NCBI GenBank assembly: GCA_963555995.3
Contig: OY821641.1
Span: 256,001-320,000 of the forward strand
Length of the DNA: 64,000 bases
Origin: Vicinamibacteria bacterium
GTDB lineage: Bacteria > Acidobacteriota > Vicinamibacteria > Marinacidobacterales > Marinacidobacteraceae
Direction: 5' to 3'
The position numbers and the translations under genes are program-made. Under the pieces are notes generated by a model. That model was not told the DNA's origin and did no database searches. It worked only from the letters and a program-made list of their open reading frames with translations. Of the stretch, positions 18,732 through 28,242 are shown piece by piece. Every line of letters begins with the position of its first letter. Positions within the stretch are counted from its first letter, which is position 1.

Positions 18732-21700
18732 CTACACGGCAGACCCCGCTGACGGCGCGCCCGCGATGCCGGCAGAGGCCGGCGCTCCACCGTTTTCGGG
18801 ACACCGCGTTAGAACCGGAACCGAATCGCTCCCGCGACCTGCCGGCGCAGGATGCCGGACGGATCCCGCGCCGGCCGTCAGGCGGTAGATCGCGGGCACC
18901 AGCAGCAGGGTGACGAGCGTGGCGAACGCCACTCCGAAGGAAAGCGAGACCGCCATCGGGATGAGCACCTGCGCCTGCACGCTCCGCTCGATCATCAAGG
19001 GCGCCAGTCCCCCGCAGGTGGTGATCGAAGTGAGGACGACGGGGCGGAATCGGAGCGGTCCGGCCGCGAGCGCCGCTTCCCGAACCGTGGCCCCGTCGCC
19101 GCGGCGCCGGTTGATGAAGTCGAGGAGCACCAGGGCGTCGTTCACGACGATTCCGGTGAGCGGCACCATCCCGATGAAGCTGGTGAGGGACAGGGGCAGG
19201 CCCACCACCTGGTGACCGAAGACGGCCCCGGCGAGCCCGAAGGGCACCGCGGCCATGATCACGAAGGGCTGGACCCACGACGACAGCGGGACGGCGAGCA
19301 GCACGTAGACGAGGATCAGGGCCAGAACCAGGTGCCGGCGGAGCGCCGCCATGGTCTCCTGCTGATCGCCGGCGCTCCCCACCACGTCGAACCCGAGTTC
19401 GGGAAACCGGTCCCGGACGGCGGGAATCATCCGGGCCTCGGCTTCCGCGATCAGCGCGCCGGGTGAGGCCCGCTCCGGGTCCACGCTCGCGTTCACCGTG
19501 ACGGTGCGCTGATCGTCCAGCCAGCGTATGACCGACGGGCCCCGCTCCTGCGAGATCTCCGCCACCTGGCCGATCTCGACCGCCTCGCCGTCGCCCCGCC
19601 GCACCCGCATGCCGGTCACGGCGTCGAGGCTTCGCCGGCTCGACTCGGGATAGCGCAGGAGCACCCGGATCTCGTCGTGCCCGCGCTGGATGCGCTGGAT
19701 CTCCTCGCCGTGGAACGCCTGCCGCAACTGCCTGCCGAAATCCGCGGCGTCGATCCCGGTCGCCGGGCCCCCGGCGCGGACCCGCGCGACGAGTTCGGGA
19801 GCCTCGCCCTCCAGATCGTCCGAAACCGAGATGACCCCCGGGAACTCCCGGATCAACGCCGAGAGCGCCATCGCCCCCGCCCGGAGATCCTCGGGCGCGT
19901 CCCCGCGAATCCGGATCGAGAGGTCGCTGCCCTGTCCGATGACCGAGGTGAAGATGGTGACCTGGCCTCCGTGCGGCAGGGAACCGGCCAGCGCGCGGAG
20001 CTGGTCGGCGATCCGGCGGGGCGGCACCTCGGCGCGCTCCTCGGCGGGCGCCAGTTCCCAGACGAGTTGGCCGATCCTGGCGTCCGCGCCGACCTCCGCT
20101 CCCCCGAGCTCGCCGCCGGCCCCCAGCGGAAACCGCTGTCCCACCATCACGGCGAGGTTCCGGTGCGGATCGAGGCCGTGTTCGGCCTCGAAGTCCTGCC
20201 GCACGCGCTCGATCGCGGCCTCGAGTTCTTCCACCACCTCCGCCGTCGCCGCGGCCGTCGAGCCGGGCGGCAGCGAGACCTGAACCCGTACCGCGTCGGA
20301 GTCGAAGGGGGGCGCCGGCTCCACCGGGATCCAGCGGCCCCGGACGAGACCGAGCGCCAGCGCGAGCGCCGCCACGCCGAGGGCTACGGTCGCGCCCGGA
20401 TTGTCCATGGACCAGCGGAGCGCGGGCCGGTAGAGGGTCTCCACCGTCCAGTCGAGCGCTGCCTGGATTCGGCCCCGAATGCGCGCGAGCCGCCGGCTCG
20501 GGCGAACGGCGAGCCCGCCGTGCGCCAGGTGATGGGGCAGGATCCAGGCGGCGTCCAGCATCGAGAAGGCGAGCACCGGGATCACGATGCGGGGCAGCGT
20601 GCCCATGAGTTCGCCCCAGACGCCCGGGAGACCGAGCAGGGGCGAGAACGCCGCCATGGTGGTCAGCACCCCGAAGGACGCCGGAAGGAGAACCTGCCGG
20701 ACCCCGCGGACCGCCGCCTCCGCGGCCCCTGTCCGCCTCGCGGCGATGTGCCGGTGCACGTTCTCGCCGACCACGATGGCGTCGTCCACCACGATGCCGA
20801 GGGTGACGATGAAGCCGAACATGCTCAGCATGTTCAGCGTCACGCCGAGTCCCGGCATCAGCAGGAAGGCGCCGAAGAACGCCACCGGCAGTCCCGCCGC
20901 GGTCCAGACCGCGACGCGGGTGGAGAGCGCAAAGAAGAGAACGAGGAAGATGAGCGCCAACCCCTGCAGACCGTTCCGGACGAGCACCTCCATGCGGCTG
21001 TCGAAGAGCCGCCAGGCGTCCGCCCAGGGAGTCACGGCGAGCCCGGCCGGGAGCAGCGTGGAGGTTTCCCGCACCTGCGCCTGGACCGCCGTCACCGTCT
21101 CCAGCAGCCGGGCGTCCGGCGCCAGCATCACCTCGAGGAACACCGCCGGCTCTCCGTTCATCCGCGCCGCCCGCTGGACGTCGGTGAAGCCGTCGGTGAC
21201 AATGGCGATGTCCCCGAGGGTGACAGCCCCGCCGCCCGGGGCGCTGATGAGCGGAATCCGGGCGAACGCCGCCGCGGTCCCGGCTTCCGCCTCGGTCCGG
21301 AGGCGTACCTCGCTGGCGCCGGTCCGGACCGAGCCCGCCGGGATGTCGGCCGAAGCGCGGCGGATCGCCGCCGCGACCTGATCGAAGGTGAGTCCGAAGC
21401 GGGAAAGCACGTCCTCCGACACTTCGATCGCGATCTCGTAGTCCCGGCCGCTTGCCGTTTCCACCGCCGCGACGCCCGGCACGCGGGCGAGATCCTCCCG
21501 GACCTGGTGCGCCGCCTCCGTGAGCGCGCGCTCGTCAGCCGGCCCGTGCACCGCGACCCGCAGCAACAGCCGCCTCGTGGAACTCCGGGTGATGACCGGG
21601 TCCTCGGCGTCGGCGGGCAGGCTGGTGATCGCCTCGACACGTTCCCGCACCTCGTCGCTGACGCCCTGGAAGTCGGCCCAGTACTCCAGCTCCACGGTGA

Positions 21701-22019
21701 GCGTGCCGATCCCGTCGCGCGCGGTTCCGGAGATCTCCCGGATTCCGCCGATGTCCCGCAGCGCTTCCTCCATGGGCGCCAGCACGCTGTCTTCGATGAC
21801 CGAGGCGCCGGACCCCGGCCAGGCCGTGCTGACGGTCAGGGTCGAAGGGCTCGTCTCCGGGACCAGTTCCTGGGGGACGCCGCGGATCGTGAGGATGCCC
21901 GCCAGCGAGATCGCGAAGAGGAGCAGGTTCGCCGCGACCCGGTTCCTGACGAACCAGGCGATCGCGCCCCGCGAAGGCGGCCCGCCGGCCGGCGCGGCGG
22001 GCGAGGCGTTCTCGGGCAC
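18732..22019 (-). CDS. RND efflux permease (AcrB/AcrD/AcrF family), second subunit
   Basis: IAWFVRNRVAANLL, GIVVDDAIVVGE, GIVVNDALVL, RFRPVVLTSITT; GTG start at 22019 inferred because upstream sequence is MITE. Confidence 0.9.
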   Translation of the reverse strand: MPENASPAAPAGGPPSRGAIAWFVRNRVAANLLLFAISLAGILTIRGVPQELVPETSPSTLTVSTAWPGSGASVIEDSVLAPMEEALRDIGGIREISGTARDGIGTLTVELEYWADFQGVSDEVRERVEAITSLPADAEDPVITRSSTRRLLLRVAVHGPADERALTEAAHQVREDLARVPGVAAVETASGRDYEIAIEVSEDVLSRFGLTFDQVAAAIRRASADIPAGSVRTGASEVRLRTEAEAGTAAAFARIPLISAPGGGAVTLGDIAIVTDGFTDVQRAARMNGEPAVFLEVMLAPDARLLETVTAVQAQVRETSTLLPAGLAVTPWADAWRLFDSRMEVLVRNGLQGLALIFLVLFFALSTRVAVWTAAGLPVAFFGAFLLMPGLGVTLNMLSMFGFIVTLGIVVDDAIVVGENVHRHIAARRTGAAEAAVRGVRQVLLPASFGVLTTMAAFSPLLGLPGVWGELMGTLPRIVIPVLAFSMLDAAWILPHHLAHGGLAVRPSRRLARIRGRIQAALDWTVETLYRPALRWSMDNPGATVALGVAALALALGLVRGRWIPVEPAPPFDSDAVRVQVSLPPGSTAAATAEVVEELEAAIERVRQDFEAEHGLDPHRNLAVMVGQRFPLGAGGELGGAEVGADARIGQLVWELAPAEERAEVPPRRIADQLRALAGSLPHGGQVTIFTSVIGQGSDLSIRIRGDAPEDLRAGAMALSALIREFPGVISVSDDLEGEAPELVARVRAGGPATGIDAADFGRQLRQAFHGEEIQRIQRGHDEIRVLLRYPESSRRSLDAVTGMRVRRGDGEAVEIGQVAEISQERGPSVIRWLDDQRTVTVNASVDPERASPGALIAEAEARMIPAVRDRFPELGFDVVGSAGDQQETMAALRRHLVLALILVYVLLAVPLSSWVQPFVIMAAVPFGLAGAVFGHQVVGLPLSLTSFIGMVPLTGIVVNDALVLLDFINRRRGDGATVREAALAAGPLRFRPVVLTSITTCGGLAPLMIERSVQAQVLIPMAVSLSFGVAFATLVTLLLVPAIYRLTAGAGSVRHPAPAGRGSDSVPVLTRCPENGGAPASAGIAGAPSAGSAV

Positions 22020-22028
22020 CCGGCCTAG

Positions 22029-22391
22029 CAGCCTGTGGAGAAAGTGACGTGAGCACCGAGAACGCCAAGGCGTCCGGCTGACAAGGCGCGTAACAGCCTG
22101 TGGTGGAACTGGCGTGAGCACCGAGAACGGCGAGGCACCTGGCTGACAAGGCGCGTGAGGGAGGAATACCGGGCGTATTCCGACCGAAACGCAACGATGA
22201 GGGCCGCGCAGCGGCCCGGTTCAGCCGGGATGCATCGCCGTTCGAATGCCACGTCCAGTTTCGCTACAGGCTGTTCAAGGAGGAATACCGGGTGTATTCC
22301 GACCGAAACGCAACGCAGAGCGCCTCGTAGAGGCGCGGTTCAGCCGGGATGTATCACCGTTCGAATGCCGCGTGACTTTTTCCACAGGCTG
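22029..22391. mobile_element. Nested MITEs: inner copy 22094-22273 inserted in an outer copy
   Basis: Outer TIRs CAGCCTGTGGAGAAAGT / ACTTTTTCCACAGGCTG; inner TIRs CAGCCTGTGGTGGAACTGG / CCAGTTTCGCTACAGGCTG; outer core split at CAAGGCGCG|AGGAGGAATACC. Confidence 0.82.
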
Positions 22392-22423
22392 CTGGGGTAC
22401 GGTGGGCTGCTCCGAACCGGTTG

Positions 22424-25400
22424 CTAACCCGAGCCGCCCGGATCCAGCTTCAGCATCTCGGCGACGATCAGCACCGCCGGAATGAAGAACAGCAGCCCGA
22501 TGCTCGCGAAGGCGAGTCCCGCCGTCAGGCTGATGACCATCGGAACGGTGAACTGCACGGTCTCGCTCTTGTCGTAGAGCAGCGGCAGGAGACCGACGAT
22601 CGTGGTGGCGCTCGTGATCACGATGGGCCGCGCGCGGTCCCGGGCGGCGGCCGAGATCGCGGCGATGACCGGGAAGTCCGGGTTCTGCTGCCGCATTCCG
22701 TTGTACCGGTCCATCAGGATCAGGGTGTCGTTCACCACGACCCCGGAGACGGCGACCAGGCCGAAGAGGGAGACGTAGGTCAACTCGTAGCCGAGCACGA
22801 AATGCCCCAGCACGACGCCCACGCCGGCCATCGGCAGACCGGCGAGCGCCAGGAAGGGTTGTGCAAGGCTTCGCATCTGGGAGGCCAGTAGCCCGAAGAC
22901 CGCGAGCATGGCGAGCGGGAAGGTCCAGGCGAGCGTCCCGGCGGTACGCGCGCTCTGGCGGGTGGATCCGGCTGCCTCGACCTCGAGCCCCGGGTGGCGC
23001 TCGACGAGCGCCGGGAGGATCTCCCGGCTCACGGCCCGCCGCACCCGGAGGCCGCTCTCGATCTCCGGGTCGTAGAAGGCGGTTAAGGTGGCGGTGCGGC
23101 GCCCGTCGACCCGGGTCAGCGTCGCGTAGTCCTGGATCTCGGTGATCCGGGCGACCGTGGATAGCGGCGCGTCCTTTTCCGGTCCCAGGGAGATGCGCTC
23201 GTCCAGCAGGTCCCTGAGACTGCGGCGGCGTTCCGCCGGATAGCGGACGACCACCCGGATTTCGTCCGGCCCGCGCTGGATGCGCTGGACCTCGGCGCCG
23301 AAGAAGGCGTCCCGGAGCTGGTTGGCCAGGCGCCGGGGGGTCAGTCCGGCCATGAAACCCGCCTCCTTCAAGTGGAGGTCGTAACGCCGGGCTCCCGGCA
23401 CGAGCGTGTCGTGGACCTCCTGCATGGCCTCGATGTCGAGGGCGGCGTCCCGCAACTCGTCCGCCGCCCGGGCCACGACCTCGAGGTCGTCGTGCGCCAG
23501 GGTGTACGAGACGCTCGGAGAGAACAGGTCCGCGCTGGTCACGAAGTGGACCCGCTCCGCGCCCCGGACCTCCCCCAGCCGGTCCCGCCAGAGGCGCAGG
23601 AAGCCCAGCTCGTCGAGGGGGCGCGGCGACGGAGCGAACCGGACCTCCACGGAGGCCAGGTGGGTCTCCTTCAGGTAGTTCCGGGTCCCCACCATCGCCT
23701 CCCGGGGCAGCCGCTGACCGACGAGCACCGCGATGGATTCGAGCTGGCCACCGCCGGCCGCCTGATCCGCGGCGTGAGCCGCCTGGGCGAGCTGTTCCGC
23801 CGCCGCCTCGGTCATCCGCACCGGCGTTCCCGCGGGCATGGTGACTTCCGCCGTCAGGCGGTCGGAGCCCAGACTGGCGGGGAACGGATTGATGGGGACC
23901 GCCTCGACCACGACGAGCACCAGCGCCAGCACCACCGCCGCGGCCACCACGGCGATCACCACGAACGGTGCGCGCACTGCCCGGGCGATGGCCCGCACGA
24001 GCCTGCCCTGGATGAGCTCGTCGAAACCGCCGCGCGTCCGCGCCTGGATTTCGGCCAGGGGTGACCGACTCCAGGGCCGATCTCCCGCGAGATGTCCGGG
24101 AAGGACGAAGAACGCTTCGACCAGCGAAAACAGCAGGACCAGGATGACCGCGATCGGCACCACCCGGAACATCTGCCCCAACGCGCCCTCGAGCGGGAGC
24201 AGGGCCGCAAAGGCCACCATGGTGGTGAGTCCGCCCACCACCACCGGCCCGCCGATCGACCGCACGCCGGCAATGGAGGCCGCCGCGCCGCGGAGTCCCC
24301 GCTCCCGCGCCTTGGCGATGCTCTCGCCGACCACGATCGCATCGTCCACCACGATGCCGGTCACCAGGAAGAACGCGAACAGGGTGAGAACATTGACGGT
24401 GAGGCCGAAGGCGTCGAACAGCAGGAACGAGCCCAGGAAGGCCACCGGGATGCCCACCGCGATCCAGAGCGACATCCGCAGGTCGAAGATCAGCAGCAGC
24501 GCGACGAAGACGAGGACGGCGCCGAAGAGCCCGTTGCGGGACATCCGGGAGAGCCGGGAATCAATGGTCCGGGTCTCGTCCTCCCACAGCGTGATGTCCG
24601 CGCCGGACGGCGGGGCGTACCCTTCGAGGAAAGCCTTGACCTCCTCCGCGACCTCCTGCGGGGGCTGTCCGGCGCCCGCGTGAACGCGCACGAACACGGC
24701 TGGCTGGCCGTCAATCGTGGCGGCCACCTCCGCTTCCTCGAAGCCGTCCCGGACCGTCGCCACGTCCCGGATCCGGACGAGCGAGCCGTCCGCGCGGGCG
24801 AGCAGGACGATACCCCGGAACTCCTCTGCGGTCTCGCGTTTCGCGAGGGTGCTGATGACCACGTCGCCGGCATCCGTCCGCACCTCGCCTGCGGTCGTGT
24901 TGACGGACGACCCGCGAATACGGCGCACCACTTCGCCGATCGTCAGTCGGTAGCGCCGCAGGGCCTCCTCGCTCAGTTCGATCTGGATCTCGCGATCCCG
25001 CGTCCCGGCCAGGGACACGAAGGACACTGAGGGCAGCGCCAGCAGGTCCGCGCGGAGCGCCTCGCCGGCGCCGCGCAGCCCGTCCTCGTCGAGTTCCGTC
25101 GAGGTCAGGGCGAAGGTCAGGACCGACCGGATCACCTCGGTCCGCACGATTTCGGGCTGATCGGCCCGCGGCGGCGGGAAGTTCTCGATGCGCTCCACCG
25201 CCGTCCGGGTGGCGTTCAGCACGTCCACGGCGTCCGCGAAGGGTTTCAGTTCCAGCGTGACCTGGCTCCGCCCCTCGCTCGAGGTCGCGATCACCCGCTC
25301 CACCCCGACGATGCCGGAGACGGCCTCCTCGATCCGCGCGGTGACGTCCGCCTCGACCTCCGCCGGGGTGGCGCCCCGGAAGGGCACCGCGACGGTGATC

Positions 25401-25597
25401 GAGCGCGGGTCGTAGTGCGGCGCGCGCTCGACGGTGAGCCGGGAGGCGGCGAACAGGCCGCCGCCCAGCAGCAGCAGCATGAGGAGGTTGGCGGCGACGT
25501 GGTTCCCCGCGAACCAGGCGACCGGTCCCCGAGGGGTGTCCGGACGGGGTCCGGGGGGAGGCGTTCGGGTTTCGCCCGCCTGGTTCATGGTGTCCAT
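22424..25597 (-). CDS. RND efflux permease (AcrB/AcrD/AcrF family), first subunit
   Basis: VAWFAGNHVAANLL, GIVVDDAIVVGE, GVVVNDTLIL, RARPIVITSATT. Confidence 0.92.
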   Translation of the reverse strand: MDTMNQAGETRTPPPGPRPDTPRGPVAWFAGNHVAANLLMLLLLGGGLFAASRLTVERAPHYDPRSITVAVPFRGATPAEVEADVTARIEEAVSGIVGVERVIATSSEGRSQVTLELKPFADAVDVLNATRTAVERIENFPPPRADQPEIVRTEVIRSVLTFALTSTELDEDGLRGAGEALRADLLALPSVSFVSLAGTRDREIQIELSEEALRRYRLTIGEVVRRIRGSSVNTTAGEVRTDAGDVVISTLAKRETAEEFRGIVLLARADGSLVRIRDVATVRDGFEEAEVAATIDGQPAVFVRVHAGAGQPPQEVAEEVKAFLEGYAPPSGADITLWEDETRTIDSRLSRMSRNGLFGAVLVFVALLLIFDLRMSLWIAVGIPVAFLGSFLLFDAFGLTVNVLTLFAFFLVTGIVVDDAIVVGESIAKARERGLRGAAASIAGVRSIGGPVVVGGLTTMVAFAALLPLEGALGQMFRVVPIAVILVLLFSLVEAFFVLPGHLAGDRPWSRSPLAEIQARTRGGFDELIQGRLVRAIARAVRAPFVVIAVVAAAVVLALVLVVVEAVPINPFPASLGSDRLTAEVTMPAGTPVRMTEAAAEQLAQAAHAADQAAGGGQLESIAVLVGQRLPREAMVGTRNYLKETHLASVEVRFAPSPRPLDELGFLRLWRDRLGEVRGAERVHFVTSADLFSPSVSYTLAHDDLEVVARAADELRDAALDIEAMQEVHDTLVPGARRYDLHLKEAGFMAGLTPRRLANQLRDAFFGAEVQRIQRGPDEIRVVVRYPAERRRSLRDLLDERISLGPEKDAPLSTVARITEIQDYATLTRVDGRRTATLTAFYDPEIESGLRVRRAVSREILPALVERHPGLEVEAAGSTRQSARTAGTLAWTFPLAMLAVFGLLASQMRSLAQPFLALAGLPMAGVGVVLGHFVLGYELTYVSLFGLVAVSGVVVNDTLILMDRYNGMRQQNPDFPVIAAISAAARDRARPIVITSATTIVGLLPLLYDKSETVQFTVPMVISLTAGLAFASIGLLFFIPAVLIVAEMLKLDPGGSG

Positions 25598-25621
25598 CCC
25601 GGTGACCTCGGGCCGGCGGGC

Positions 25622-26758
25622 CTACTCGGCAACCCGGACGGCGAGTCCCTGGCGCGCTCCGACGACCCGGCCGACCACGACGCCCTGCCGGGGATCGAAC
25701 GCTTCGACCAGCCAGCCCGCTTCGGTCCTCCCGAGCGTCGTGGGAGTGATGGAATGCAGGGTGCCTCCGTCCACCACCCAGACGTTGCCCCCGGTTTGTT
25801 CGGCGGCCTCGGGCAGCGTGAAGATGTCCGACAGGACGGGCCCGCCCAGAGCGACGGTGGCGAAGGTGCCGGGCCGGGGAAGGTTCGAGGCGTTGCCCCG
25901 AAACGCCAGGAAGAGGGTGACGAGCCGGCTCTCCCGATCCACGACGGCCGCGACCCGGTCCACCGACGCCGCGAACTCCCGCCCTCCGGCGACCACGGTG
26001 GCGCGGCGGCCGACGATCGGCTCGAGGCTGGTCAGCTCCTCCTGGGAGATCTGGGCCTCCACCTGGAGCGCTCCGTTCTGGTAGACCAGCCCGAGGGGGG
26101 TATCCCGCCCCACGACCTGGCCGACCGTGACCCGGGCGTTTGCGACCTGGCCGTCGAAGGGCACCGAGATCTCCGTGCGGGAAAGGACCAGTTCCGCCTG
26201 CTCCACTCCCTTGCGCGCCCGGTCCAGGCAGGCCTGTTTCTCGGCGATCTTCGCCGTCCGGGCGACGAGCGGCGGCGGCTCCTCCCCGGGATGGTCCCGG
26301 TGGAACTCCAGGGTCGCTGCCTCCCCCTTCTGCTCCTGCCGCAGCAGGCCGGCTTCGGCTTCCCGCACCCGCGCCCGGGCCGCCTCGAGGCGGTTCGTGG
26401 CGTCGCGCTGATCGATCCGGACCAGCGTCTCTCCGGCCGGGAAGGAGCCGCCGGTGCGGAGGGCGGGAGCCACGTACACCACTTCGCCGCGGTTGTGGCT
26501 GAACAGCCGCACCCCGTCCAGGATCGTGACGGCGCCGGTGGTGCGGACGTTCCGGGCGGCCTCGCCCGCCGCCGGCCGGGTGACGGTGACCGTCGGGACC
26601 CCCGGCTCGGCGAACCTCAGGTCGTCCGTATGCGCCTGCCCCTGCGGAGCGCGGGCGAACCAGATGGCCACCACCACCCCGACGGCGATGACGACGAGCT
26701 GGACAATGCCGCGCCAGCCCCCGCGTTCACCGGTCCCGGTGTCGTTCTCTGCCGACAT
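25622..26758 (-). CDS. RND periplasmic adaptor (membrane fusion protein)
   Basis: N-terminal TM anchor, lipoyl half-motifs (GEVVYV..GETLVRID; ISVPFDGQV), coiled coil. Confidence 0.9.
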   Translation of the reverse strand: MSAENDTGTGERGGWRGIVQLVVIAVGVVVAIWFARAPQGQAHTDDLRFAEPGVPTVTVTRPAAGEAARNVRTTGAVTILDGVRLFSHNRGEVVYVAPALRTGGSFPAGETLVRIDQRDATNRLEAARARVREAEAGLLRQEQKGEAATLEFHRDHPGEEPPPLVARTAKIAEKQACLDRARKGVEQAELVLSRTEISVPFDGQVANARVTVGQVVGRDTPLGLVYQNGALQVEAQISQEELTSLEPIVGRRATVVAGGREFAASVDRVAAVVDRESRLVTLFLAFRGNASNLPRPGTFATVALGGPVLSDIFTLPEAAEQTGGNVWVVDGGTLHSITPTTLGRTEAGWLVEAFDPRQGVVVGRVVGARQGLAVRVAE

Positions 26759-26877
26759 GCTGACCTCCTCGTCCTGGAGTTGCGGCGGCTGCGAAACCCG
26801 GACGGCCCGATTCGCAACCTCCAGGCTCTCCCGATCGTTGCGCCCCTATTGTGTCATCCTCTGGCTTCCGTCAGCGG

Positions 26878-27582
26878 CTACGCCAGACTCTGGATCCAGG
26901 ACACCGCTTCCGGCGCGAGTCCCGGGCCGTCGTGCTTGACGTAGAGGTAGAGGGTCTCCACCCGGTCGCGCAGCCGCTCCAGCATCCCGGAGATCACCAC
27001 GCGTTCCTCCGGGGTGTAGGGAGGGTCGCGGCGGAGGCGGACGTACGCGAAATCGGCCGTGACGGAGACATCCGGCGGCGCTTCCAGTTCCGAGACCCCG
27101 GCCACGAGCGCCGCGCCGGCTGCCCGGCAGGCGTCGCGCACCGCGTCGCAGTCCCACGACTCGTGCCGGAACTCGAGCGCGGCGCGGCGTCCCGCGGGAA
27201 GGCTCGCCAGGAACGCCGCCAGCCGTTCGTCGTTGCGGCGAAACCACGGGGGGCACTGGAAGAGAACCGGTCCGAGGCGATTTCCGAGCGGCTCGAGGGC
27301 CTTGAGAAACGACGCCACCGACTCCTCGGTGTCCGCGAGCCGGGCCCGATGGGTGATCCCCTGATGCGCCTTGACCGCGAAGCGGAAGGACGCCGGCGTG
27401 CTCGCGGCCCAGGCCGCCGCGAGTTCGGGTTTGGGGAAGCGCCGAAAGGTGTGGTTCACCTCCACGCTCCGGAACACCGAGGCGTAGTGGGAAAGGAAGT
27501 CGGCGGGCTTCGTCTTCTCCGGGTAGAAGGCGCCCACCCACTCCCGGAAACCGTAGCCGGACGTGCCGGCGAGGAGGTTCAA
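26878..27582 (-). CDS. DUF72 family protein
   Basis: GTSGY..W.G.FYP, VEVNHTF, FAVKAHQGITH, LFQCPP, EFRHESW, YVRLR; TTG overlaps upstream stop (TTGA). Confidence 0.9.
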   Translation of the reverse strand: MNLLAGTSGYGFREWVGAFYPEKTKPADFLSHYASVFRSVEVNHTFRRFPKPELAAAWAASTPASFRFAVKAHQGITHRARLADTEESVASFLKALEPLGNRLGPVLFQCPPWFRRNDERLAAFLASLPAGRRAALEFRHESWDCDAVRDACRAAGAALVAGVSELEAPPDVSVTADFAYVRLRRDPPYTPEERVVISGMLERLRDRVETLYLYVKHDGPGLAPEAVSWIQSLA

Positions 27583-28025
27583 CTGCTCTCGAAGAGGCTG
27601 TCGAACGCGGCCTTGGCGTCCCGGGCGGTGTCCAGCTTCCTCCCGGTCACGTCGAGGACCTCGGTGGGGCGGAAGTGGAGACATTCATTACCGGCCCACT
27701 TGTTGACGATGCGCTCCGGAATGTCGGCCCGGCATTCGTAGCGTTCCTTCGGATCGAAGAACGTGCAGTGCCGGCAGGAACGAAGCGGCGTGCTGCACGT
27801 CGGACACGTCGAGCCGACGACGATCGAGACCTCTCCGGTCGGCCATTGATACCCGCAGCGGGCGCAGCGGGTCACGATGGTGGCGCGCCGATCGCCGGCG
27901 AGCCGGAGCGTTCGCAACTGCTCGGTGTTGCCGAGGTCGGCGAGCCGCTCGCCCACTTCGCGCTGGAACCGGCGCTGCTCTTCGCTATCGCGACGCTTGC
28001 GCTGTCCGCGGCGGCGGTACTTCAT
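27579..28025 (-). CDS. Hypothetical Cys-rich Zn-ribbon protein
   Basis: CARC, CPTC, CRHC, EC..NEC motifs; basic N-terminus; C-terminal AKAAFDSLF. Confidence 0.75.
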   Translation of the reverse strand: MKYRRRGQRKRRDSEEQRRFQREVGERLADLGNTEQLRTLRLAGDRRATIVTRCARCGYQWPTGEVSIVVGSTCPTCSTPLRSCRHCTFFDPKERYECRADIPERIVNKWAGNECLHFRPTEVLDVTGRKLDTARDAKAAFDSLFESS

Positions 28026-28242
28026 TCGGGAAGAAGATCTACGGGGGTTTCGAGGGACGGCCCGGGGGGCCATCCGGAGCAGACGCGCAAACGAGGCGCG
28101 ACACGTTGATCAAATCGGATGCCCGGGACGACTCAGCGGCGCTGAATCGCCGACGGTTGGAGCAGTTCGGGGAGCGTCAGGGACGCGGAGCATCGGTCCC
28201 GACTGCTCGATCCGAAGCCTAACACGCCCCGAAGCGCGGCCG

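Noticed and set aside
22025-22395. Tandem repeats as a CRISPR array
   Set aside because: No regular repeat-spacer periodicity or cas genes; explained by nested MITE copies.
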